Shown here in pieces: positions 9,347 through 16,648 of a stretch of DNA of 32,000 nt. A model generated the notes under the pieces. It worked only from the letters and a program-made list of their open reading frames with translations, was not told the DNA's origin and did not search any database. Within the stretch, counting starts at the first letter, position 1. Every line of letters begins with the position of its first letter. This DNA is from Candidatus Lokiarchaeum ossiferum (GTDB lineage: Archaea; Asgardarchaeota; Lokiarchaeia; Sigyniarchaeales; Promethearchaeaceae). The stretch is taken from the NCBI GenBank assembly GCA_025839675.1, contig CP104013.1:330001-362000 (forward strand), written 5' to 3'. A program made the translations under genes and the position numbers.

Positions 9347-9874
9347 ATGCTCACGGAAGATGAATTTGCTAAAAGTGCTGGTTTAAAAGTGGGAGATATG
9401 GCACCTGATTTTTCTCTAGTCAATACCGATGGTGAAATCAAAGTATTATCCCAACTCTATAAATCGAGTCCTTTAATCGTGAATTTTTTTCGAGGCTCTT
9501 ACTGAGTGCCTTGCAAAGAATTTTTTGTGAAAATAAACCAAAATTTGGATAAATTTAAGAAAATTGGGGCAAAAATGATTTCAATTGCTATTGATAATCC
9601 GAGAAAATTAAGAAAATTCAAAGAAGTCAATAAATTTGACTTAGAGATTTTAGTAGATCGCCGAGGTGCGATATCTAAAAAATATAATGTGTTTACTACT
9701 GGAACTAAAGCGGATCATAAATCTCTAAAATTTCGAATCTCGATTCCCTCAACATTTTTAATAGATGAAACTGGAATAATAAGATGGCGGTTTATAGGTA
9801 CCAGAGAAATAAGACCATCAATTGATTCTTTAATCTCCAATTTTGAGAAAAATTTTCCAAATAGAACTGTCTAA
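9347..9874 (+). CDS. peroxiredoxin-like thioredoxin-fold protein (AhpC/TSA, PRX_like2-type), predicted selenoprotein with in-frame TGA (Sec) at 9503-9505
   Basis: The ATG at 9347 gives MLTEDEFAKSAGLKVGDMAPDFSLVNTDGEIKVLSQLYKSSPLIVNFFRGSY, then TGA, then the same frame continues VPCKEFFVKINQNLDKFKKIGAKMISIAIDN... (the ORF track starts at the GTG right after the TGA). Together they form one 175-aa redoxin domain with a U-V-P-C motif where the family has CxxC. Confidence 0.7.
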
Positions 9875-9948
9875 AAGATCAACCCCTGTTGCAGAAAACA
9901 TAAGGTGTAACAGAGTTAATCGTAGCAATCGATTGATCTTTTTTTTTT
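9873..9948 (+). promoter_or_regulatory. nested stem-loop plus T10 tract in the 3' UTR of the TGA-containing gene (candidate SECIS-like element and/or terminator)
   Basis: The outer 10-bp stem AAAAGATCAA (9873-9882) pairs with TTGATCTTTT (9933-9942). An inner 8-bp hairpin CTGTTGCA (9886-9893) / TGTAACAG (9906-9913) has one G-U pair and the loop GAAAACATAAGG. A T-run follows at 9939-9948. Confidence 0.4.
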
Positions 9949-10067
9949 CATTTTCATCAATTTCATCAATTTTATCAGAAATCTCTAATTCTAAATTAAA
10001 CTTCAAATTAATTCTATTTTTTATTTTAAACATATTTATTAAGGTTAAGATAAAAATTGTATAAAGT

Positions 10068-11186
10068 ATGTTCCGAGAAGAGTTGGAAGAATTAGTTGTT
10101 CAAGAAATGCCAAATTGTATTGGCTGCAATGAATGTATGCGGGTGTGTCCCGTTTCAAAAGACCCCGGAATGACAATTTCAATGCTAAATGATCCAATTC
10201 TGTCAAACACACCCCCTAAAGGGATAGTAAGAGATTTTGCCCTGAATTGTATACAATGTGGAGAATGTGTTCCCGTCTGTCCCCCTGGGGTTCGGAGAGA
10301 TTTAATGGTGCTCTATTTGAGGGCAAACATATCTTCCTATCCATCGAATTACGAAAATTATGTCATGCTAAAGCAACCTAACCCTTCCCAAATAGCAAAG
10401 GGATTATATGCTGTAAAAAGGCGATCCGCAAAAAAAACTCTAGGAAATTTATATGATAAATGTGATCCCAAAGTGTTAAAAAAGGCGAAAGTATTATTCT
10501 ATCCGGGTTGCTACATTTTTAACGAGATCTGCCATAAAACGACTGCAATTTTAGATTACCTTAAAGAAGATTATGAAGTCTTGGGGGGTTATACTTCATG
10601 CTGTGGATGGCCCCAATATTTGCAAGGACGAATGGAAATGGCCGATGAATTTTTGGAAAGTTTATATAAATATATTATGAAAGTAGACCCAGAATATATA
10701 ATTACCACATGTGCGGAATGTTTTGCCGCTTTACGTAAAATCAAAGCAATGAAGAATGTAAAATTTATACCTCTAACTACCACTGAATACTTTTTATCTA
10801 AAGCAGATTTACTGCCCTTAATTAAGTCAAAAAAAGCATATGGATTTCACGATTCATGCCATATATCGCGAAAATACTTTCGAGATGAAGCCCCTCGTAT
10901 ATTATTATCAAAACTTGGTGAAGTTTACGAATTAAAAGATAATCGTGAGCAATCAAGTTGTTGTCATTATTACAATTTTGAAAATGATGCAATAAATTAT
11001 ACTAACCGCAAAGAGCGGATAGAGCAAGTTAAATTAGGCTCTGATACTATGTTAACCGATTGTATTACGTGTTATGAAGTCTTTAAGGAAAAAATGGAAA
11101 AGGAAAACCTTGAAATCGTTGATTTCAATGATTTGATATTTGAATGCATACATAAGGAGGCATCCAAAGAAGATCAAAGCGAATAA
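10068..11186 (+). CDS. HdrD/GlcF-like Fe-S oxidoreductase (2x [4Fe-4S] ferredoxin motifs plus 2x CCG domains)
   Basis: CIGCNECMRVCP and CIQCGECVPVCP, then CCG-type Cys motifs (YPGCY...TSCCGWP...CAEC and HDSCH...SSCCH...CITC). No SD-like sequence. An AT-rich TATA-like box at 10034-10051 suggests a near-leaderless transcript. Confidence 0.8.
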   Translation: MFREELEELVVQEMPNCIGCNECMRVCPVSKDPGMTISMLNDPILSNTPPKGIVRDFALNCIQCGECVPVCPPGVRRDLMVLYLRANISSYPSNYENYVMLKQPNPSQIAKGLYAVKRRSAKKTLGNLYDKCDPKVLKKAKVLFYPGCYIFNEICHKTTAILDYLKEDYEVLGGYTSCCGWPQYLQGRMEMADEFLESLYKYIMKVDPEYIITTCAECFAALRKIKAMKNVKFIPLTTTEYFLSKADLLPLIKSKKAYGFHDSCHISRKYFRDEAPRILLSKLGEVYELKDNREQSSCCHYYNFENDAINYTNRKERIEQVKLGSDTMLTDCITCYEVFKEKMEKENLEIVDFNDLIFECIHKEASKEDQSE

Positions 11187-11202
11187 AAGATTTGTGATTA
11201 AT

Positions 11203-12483
11203 ATGGTAAAAAAATATAAACCTGGAATTGTTGTTATTGGTGGAGGTCAAGCAGGAATACATGCAATTGAGGAGATTCGCAAGTCCGATGGTAAAATCCG
11301 TATTTATTTGATTGATCATGACAAACATTTGTTTTATTTCCGTGCTGCTTTGAAATATTTTGTAAAGAAGCAAATCGAATTACCCAATTTGAATGCACGT
11401 ATGGACAATTTCATTAAAAAAAGCAATGTGACTTTTTTTCAAGATGAAGTGAAAAATATAGATAGAGATCATCAATTTGTTTATACTGAGAATAGTTTAG
11501 AAATTCCCTATACTAAATTGCTAATTGCTACGGGAGGGATCCCTTTCATTCCTCCAAGTTTAAGAAAGGACGTTGACGGAATATTTCCAATGCATTCTTT
11601 GGAAGATACTCTCAATATTTGTGAAAAAGCAGATTCTGGAATATACAAAAAGATTGTAATTTTAGGAGCAGGTGTACTAGGTACAGAACTTGCAGAGTCA
11701 TTGATAGAACGAGGTGTTTCAGTTTCAATTCTTACTCGGGGATATGTTTTAGTTCCAAAAATGTTGGATACAAAGAGCTCCGCAATTGTGGTCAAGAAAT
11801 ACCAAAAATTAGGTATGGATATCCAATTCAATGAATCAATATCTGAAATCCATACTGATGAATCTGGGCAATTAACAGCAATTACAAACTCTAAAAATGA
11901 AAAAATAGAATGTGATTGTTTGTGTGTATGCACAGGTATTCGTCGCAATATTCAACTTGCCCAAGAATGCAATTTAGAAACAGATAATGGAATTAAAGTA
12001 AATCAATTCCTTCAGACGAGTGATCCAAACATCTTCGCAGCGGGGGATGTAGTGGAATATTATATTCCTGAATTAAAAACTCACAAGTTGATTGATTTAT
12101 GGGGACCTGCTGGAAAGATGGGGAAAATTGCAGGAAACAATATGACTAGGGATCACATTACTTATAACTTGGGCACTTTCCATGCTTATACAATATTTGC
12201 AGGACTGAATTGCCATGTAATTGGAGAATTTAATCCCAAGAACCCATCTGAGTATGAGATTTTAGAAACGGAATATTTAGTTCGGGATCAAGTTTGCCTG
12301 TTTAGACTTATTTTGCAAGATAATCTCATTAAAGGAGTGTTTTCACTCGGTGAAGCTCGACATCCAATGATCCTGGAAAAAATTATCACTTTAAAAAAAC
12401 AAATTCCTTCCAATATCACGAAATCGATGCTCTTAGAAAGAGGGTTTGATTTTGAACGTATCTTATACTATCAAGAACATTAA
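11203..12483 (+). CDS. FAD/NAD(P)-dependent oxidoreductase (pyridine nucleotide-disulfide oxidoreductase fold; rubredoxin/ferredoxin-reductase-like, no N-terminal redox Cys seen)
   Basis: IVVIGGGQAG and IVILGAGVLGTELAESL dinucleotide folds and an AAGDV motif. The ATG at 11203 lies 16 nt after the HdrD-like stop; the ORF-track start at 11140 overlaps the upstream gene and adds a non-homologous leader. Confidence 0.8.
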   Translation: MVKKYKPGIVVIGGGQAGIHAIEEIRKSDGKIRIYLIDHDKHLFYFRAALKYFVKKQIELPNLNARMDNFIKKSNVTFFQDEVKNIDRDHQFVYTENSLEIPYTKLLIATGGIPFIPPSLRKDVDGIFPMHSLEDTLNICEKADSGIYKKIVILGAGVLGTELAESLIERGVSVSILTRGYVLVPKMLDTKSSAIVVKKYQKLGMDIQFNESISEIHTDESGQLTAITNSKNEKIECDCLCVCTGIRRNIQLAQECNLETDNGIKVNQFLQTSDPNIFAAGDVVEYYIPELKTHKLIDLWGPAGKMGKIAGNNMTRDHITYNLGTFHAYTIFAGLNCHVIGEFNPKNPSEYEILETEYLVRDQVCLFRLILQDNLIKGVFSLGEARHPMILEKIITLKKQIPSNITKSMLLERGFDFERILYYQEH

Positions 12484-12492
12484 GGGAAAAAA

Positions 12493-13374
12493 ATGGTTTT
12501 CAATTGGTATATTCTGTTGATAATGGTAGGGTATGCCTTTTTTAACGGAATAGGATCCTTAGGCTTTAAATTAGGTCTGAAAAAAATAGATAAACCTTCT
12601 GTTTCACTACAAAATCTTTCAAAAGAAAATCGAAGTGCTTATATTCAGTTATTAAAAACACCAATTTGGTTATTTGGATGGCTTTGTTTAGGGATCGACT
12701 TTCTAATATATCAAATAGCGATAAAAAATTATGATCTCTCTGTAATTAAGCCTTTGGTCAACTTGAATTTAATTTTTGTAATCCTCTTTGGAACTATAAT
12801 TTTAAAGGAGAAAATTGGACTTTTCGAATGGATTGGAATCACATTTATAATTCTTGGAGCAATTATGATAACTCTGTTTAGTACACCCTCAGAAACAAAT
12901 ATTAATTTGCCTAAATTGATAATCTTCATTGGACTCATTTTGATAAGTGTAGTTTTGTTAGTTATTGCAAATCAATTTACCTCAATAGATAATAAGGAAC
13001 TAATTTTAGGATGTTTTTCGGGAATATTGTACGGCACAGGATCAATTTTTAATAAAGCAGCATATTCCACAAATAATTCTTATTTTCTAACCATAGTATT
13101 TATTATATTTTTTGGAATTTCATATGGTTTCGCATTTTTAAGTGGGCAAAGTGCCTATTTAAATGGAAGAATGAGCATTGTGTCAACTTTAGTAAATGTT
13201 TTTAGCATATTAACTCCCTTCATTGGAGGGATTTTGATTTTTGAAGAAACACTCATAATAGATACCCCAATAGGTTGGATGAAATATTTGAAGATAATTG
13301 GGTTAATTTGTATTCTTTTAGGAATAGCTTTTACTTCTATCAAAAACGGAAAAGAGAATAACTCTCCAGATTAA
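12493..13374 (+). CDS. EamA/DMT-superfamily-like membrane transporter
   Basis: 293 aa with about 9-10 hydrophobic helices in a two-halves arrangement. It starts 9 nt after the preceding gene, so it is probably in the same operon. Confidence 0.6.
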   Translation: MVFNWYILLIMVGYAFFNGIGSLGFKLGLKKIDKPSVSLQNLSKENRSAYIQLLKTPIWLFGWLCLGIDFLIYQIAIKNYDLSVIKPLVNLNLIFVILFGTIILKEKIGLFEWIGITFIILGAIMITLFSTPSETNINLPKLIIFIGLILISVVLLVIANQFTSIDNKELILGCFSGILYGTGSIFNKAAYSTNNSYFLTIVFIIFFGISYGFAFLSGQSAYLNGRMSIVSTLVNVFSILTPFIGGILIFEETLIIDTPIGWMKYLKIIGLICILLGIAFTSIKNGKENNSPD

Positions 13375-13402
13375 TAGCATTGAATCGCTGGTTATACAAT
13401 GT

Positions 13403-14419
13403 TCATCTAATATTTTCCACCTTATGTTGAAAATTCTTAATTTTTGCAAGTCTTTGGGTAATATCTTTAAATTTTTCAAAAAGAGGTAAATTGTTAATTT
13501 TACCAGAAATTTCAGTGTCAAAATTAACCCAATTGTACCAAATATGCCCTTCCATTGATTTTATAGGCATATGAGAAAAAATACGATCTAAATATTGCGG
13601 ATCTTCAGTATAACCATATTCTGCGATAATGTATGGCTTTTTATGCTTTTGAGTTTGTTTTAAGACCTTTAGAAAGTTTTTTTGGTATTGTTTAAAATCA
13701 ATATTGGATTTTTTTGCCATAAACTTCAGATATTTGACCATTAGTGGATATGAGCGCAAAATAATTTTAGGAAAAATGGAATATATCTTCGCTGCATCTT
13801 CAAGAAACATCTGAAAGACCGCACCTACATCTTCTTCATCATTACGAGAGATAGAATATTTGTACATGAAATAATCGGCCCCAATAATATCAGCATTATA
13901 ATATTTTGGGAAATTTAGATTCGCATTCGTTACAATTGTAGGTCGATTGGTTTTTTTTGAAATATTTTTTTGCACGGCATCAAGATATCGATGAGGGGAT
14001 AATAATCCATGATAAACTTCATTATTTATGCAGTAAATAATGATATTAGGATACTTTTCAGCAGAATATTTTTGCAAAAATTGATCCAAAATGGATAAAG
14101 AAGGTTTCAAATTCCAGTTTACTGGTAGGTTCATTACAATGTTAATTCCTTCTTCACCTAAGATCTTCAAACCTCCATCTGGAATACTCGAAATATGCTG
14201 GCCATTTAGAATAGTGGGCCATATTCTGACCGTATTAATATTCATTTCTTTGAGTAATGGGATGATATTCTGGATTAATTCAATAGAAGCCATTTTTGGA
14301 GTATAAATTTGACGAGGGTCTTTTTCTAAACGAAACTTATCCAAAAATAAATTCATTCCTTGAAGAAAGAATCTTTCTCCATTGAGATATAACTTTTGAT
14401 TGATAATTTCAAATTCCAT
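13403..14419 (-). CDS. TIM-barrel glycoside hydrolase-like protein (clan GH-A features), no signal peptide
   Basis: The N-terminal LYLNGERFFLQGMN resembles the start of GH2/GH5 catalytic domains. CINNEV (an NE acid/base-like motif) and IIAEYGY (a nucleophile-like E) are spaced about 130 aa apart. Confidence 0.5.
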   Translation of the reverse strand: MEFEIINQKLYLNGERFFLQGMNLFLDKFRLEKDPRQIYTPKMASIELIQNIIPLLKEMNINTVRIWPTILNGQHISSIPDGGLKILGEEGINIVMNLPVNWNLKPSLSILDQFLQKYSAEKYPNIIIYCINNEVYHGLLSPHRYLDAVQKNISKKTNRPTIVTNANLNFPKYYNADIIGADYFMYKYSISRNDEEDVGAVFQMFLEDAAKIYSIFPKIILRSYPLMVKYLKFMAKKSNIDFKQYQKNFLKVLKQTQKHKKPYIIAEYGYTEDPQYLDRIFSHMPIKSMEGHIWYNWVNFDTEISGKINNLPLFEKFKDITQRLAKIKNFQHKVENIR

Positions 14420-14638
14420 TTATTTCCCAAGTTCCTCGATTCAAATTTTATTTTTTACATAAATTGATTTTTAAATTGATTATGCTCTATATTTAATTGA
14501 ACACACTTATTAAGGTTAAGAATTTCAATATTAAAAGGTAGATTTTATTCATATTAGGATTAGCATGATATCGATAGAAAGATAAAATGTATTTTCTTAT
14601 GAGAATTTGACTATTGAAGAATATAAGGATGGGAAATA

Positions 14639-15412
14639 ATGCTTGATACGAGACTTAATAAAAGCAAACTGTCAAAAAAAATTGAAGCAATAGCGGAAAA
14701 GTATCTGCTTACCCATATTTCAGCTAATAAAATGACCATTATAGGATTAATACTAGGTATTCTGAGTTCGATTTTGTTTATTTTTCCTTATGTATTGAAT
14801 TTGAACTCCGGATTTCAGCAAGCTTTAGTCTTATTTGAAACGGATGTCAAGAATAATTCTTTAATACAAGCATTTAGAAACAGCCTATATCAAGCACATT
14901 TATTGAATTGGACATGGCAGCTAGGAGACACCTTTTTCTTATTAAGCTTGGTAATGATGCTTCTTTCATTTACTTCTGATGTTTTTGATGGTCCACTTGC
15001 TCGTTTAAAAAAGCCCACAATATTTGGAGGAATATTAGATATATTCTGTGATCGGACAGTAGAACTCGCTTTGATAATTGCAATAGTTTTCTCAGATCGA
15101 GAAAAACTCGGATTTCCTGGTAGTATTGCTATTAGTTCTATTGTTCTCTGTATCAGTATTTTTCTGCTCATTGGTGGCGCAGTTAATCGTTTGCAAGAAA
15201 AAAACTTAAATCAACAAGCAAAAGTAATTTTTTATTCCACGGGAATCATGGAACGCACCGAAACATTCATTTTCATATTACTAATGATGGTGTTTTCGAT
15301 CTTTCGCTTATTTTTATTGTACTTGTTCGCATTTTTAGTCTTTTTAACTGCATTTCAACGATTTTATAATGCTTATAAAATGTTCTATAAAAAATCCAGC
15401 AAAACTGAATAA
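14639..15412 (+). CDS. CDP-alcohol phosphatidyltransferase family protein (polar lipid head-group synthesis)
   Basis: Signature D-x2-D-G-x2-A-R...G-x3-D-x3-D is present as DVFDGPLARLKKPTIFGGILDIFCDR. Multi-TM protein. Confidence 0.8.
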   Translation: MLDTRLNKSKLSKKIEAIAEKYLLTHISANKMTIIGLILGILSSILFIFPYVLNLNSGFQQALVLFETDVKNNSLIQAFRNSLYQAHLLNWTWQLGDTFFLLSLVMMLLSFTSDVFDGPLARLKKPTIFGGILDIFCDRTVELALIIAIVFSDREKLGFPGSIAISSIVLCISIFLLIGGAVNRLQEKNLNQQAKVIFYSTGIMERTETFIFILLMMVFSIFRLFLLYLFAFLVFLTAFQRFYNAYKMFYKKSSKTE

Positions 15413-15721
15413 AATAGGATGTTTCCAAGATAAAAAAAAAATTTTTTGAATATGTGCTTATATTTCTTTTTTTTTATACAAATTCCTTAATATTTTCTAA
15501 AATGTGCTGATGAATTCTTGTTTAATCAAGTAATATTTAAGGATGTCGGTAATTTCATTGATTATAAACATATTATGAAAATTTAATTTGAAATATAATT
15601 TTTTTTCAACTAACATTTTTAAGTATAAACAGTGGACCTTTTATCAAGTAAAATCTAATCATAAATTAGAAATTTGATATACAACGTTTTTTTTTAATAC
15701 ATCAAGTTTGAGGTAAATAAA

Positions 15722-16093
15722 ATGGACTATTTAAAATGTAAGCACTGTGATGAACTCTTTGAAAAAGTTTTTGAAGGTTCAGTTTGTGATGAACACGGTT
15801 GTGCCTGCAACGATATGGATGTTGTAGAGCCAAAGACCGCTGACTGGAAAAATGAAAAACATGTCCCCGTTGTGGAAAAGACAGAAAAAGGAATTAAAGT
15901 AACTGTTGGATCTACTCTACATCCGATGGTTGATGATCATTGGATAACAATGATTGAAGTTGTAAAGGATAATATGCAATATCGGGCTTATCTAAAACCA
16001 GGCGATGCCCCCGTTGCTGAATTTCCAATTGATGATGTAAACGTTCTTGCGCGCGAATATTGTAATAAACATGGCCTTTGGGCTAATAAATAA
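15722..16093 (+). CDS. dfx: superoxide reductase, desulfoferrodoxin-type (2Fe-SOR-like)
   Basis: The N-terminal Cys-rich desulforedoxin-like module is CKHC...CDEHGCAC. Centre II ligand motifs are EKHVPV, HPM and CNKHGLW. SD-like GAGGT lies 8 nt upstream. Confidence 0.85.
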   Translation: MDYLKCKHCDELFEKVFEGSVCDEHGCACNDMDVVEPKTADWKNEKHVPVVEKTEKGIKVTVGSTLHPMVDDHWITMIEVVKDNMQYRAYLKPGDAPVAEFPIDDVNVLAREYCNKHGLWANK

Positions 16094-16133
16094 ACTTTTT
16101 TCATTAACTATTTAATAAAATGTGATAAAAAAT

Positions 16134-16637
16134 ATGACTAAATCTGAAGAAGACCTGATGGCGGCCTTTGCTGGAGAAAGCCAAGCTAACCGAAAATATC
16201 TCGCATTTGCAAAAAAAGCAGATAAGGAAGGATTTAAACAAGTTGCAAAAGTGTTCCGAGCTGCTGCTGCTGCAGAAACAGTCCATGCACATAATCATCT
16301 CCGAGCTGCTGGAGGAATAAAAGATACTGTTTCAAATGTAAAAGCTGCTATAGAAGGCGAGCACTATGAATTTTCAAATATGTATCCGGAAATGTTAGAA
16401 CATGCAAAGCAAGATGGAAATAAAAAAGCAGAGCAATCCTTCCATTGGGCAAACGAAGTCGAAAAAATCCATCATAAATTATACTCTGGTGCATTAGAAG
16501 CGATAGAAAAGAAGGAAGATCTCCCAGAACAAGAGATGTATATCTGTCCTGTCTGTGGTTTCACTGTTGAAGGTGAAGTCCCAGATCTTTGTCCCGTCTG
16601 TGGTGCTAAAGGATCCACTTTCCAGTTGATTGAATAA
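16134..16637 (+). CDS. rbr: rubrerythrin
   Basis: The ferritin-like di-iron domain (EEDLMAAFAGESQANRKY, EGEHYE, EVEKIHH) is followed by a C-terminal rubredoxin-like CPVCG...CPVCG. The ATG at 16134 is preferred over the GTG at 16122. Confidence 0.9.
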   Translation: MTKSEEDLMAAFAGESQANRKYLAFAKKADKEGFKQVAKVFRAAAAAETVHAHNHLRAAGGIKDTVSNVKAAIEGEHYEFSNMYPEMLEHAKQDGNKKAEQSFHWANEVEKIHHKLYSGALEAIEKKEDLPEQEMYICPVCGFTVEGEVPDLCPVCGAKGSTFQLIE

Positions 16638-16648
16638 ACCGAGAGAGA

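Noticed and set aside
9506-9570. Bacterial-type SECIS hairpin immediately 3' of the TGA
   Set aside because: I could find only a trivial 4-bp stem (CAAA-GAATT-TTTG) in the 60 nt after the TGA. Nothing resembles the selB-binding hairpin with a GU-containing apical loop at the expected 11-nt or greater spacing.
9506-9874. GTG-initiated 122-aa ORF taken as an independent gene
   Set aside because: It would be a thioredoxin-fold protein lacking its N-terminal strands and its first redox residue. The missing part is encoded in the same frame directly upstream of the TGA at 9503-9505, so I merged the two into a single Sec-containing CDS (9347-9874).
10037-10051. Exact 15-mer TTATTAAGGTTAAGA shared between 10037-10051 and 14508-14522 (19/21 over a slightly longer span), both upstream of plus-strand genes
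   Set aside because: By rough estimate, one or a few exact 15-mers are expected by chance in an AT-rich 32-kb window. The motif looks like a generic TATA/BRE-type promoter element. It is worth a genome-wide motif count, but is not evidence of a specific regulon from two copies.
9830-10064. ORFs 9830-10033 (-) and 9843-10064 (+) in the spacer between the Prx-like and HdrD-like genes
   Set aside because: They are low-complexity translations of an AT-rich intergenic region containing the terminator T-tract, short tandem 9-mers (TCATCAATT x2) and the promoter of the next gene. There is no start context and no motifs.
11140-11202. Upstream ATG start for the FAD oxidoreductase, overlapping the HdrD-like gene by 47 nt
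   Set aside because: The added 21 residues (MNAYIRRHPKKIKANKRFVIN) precede the Rossmann strand by an atypically long basic leader and overlap the upstream CDS. The ATG at 11203 places the GxGxxG at the usual distance from the N-terminus.
16262-16276. GCT GCT GCT GCT GCA trinucleotide run
   Set aside because: It lies inside the rubrerythrin CDS and simply encodes AAAAA within a helix. It is too short to be a meaningful microsatellite.
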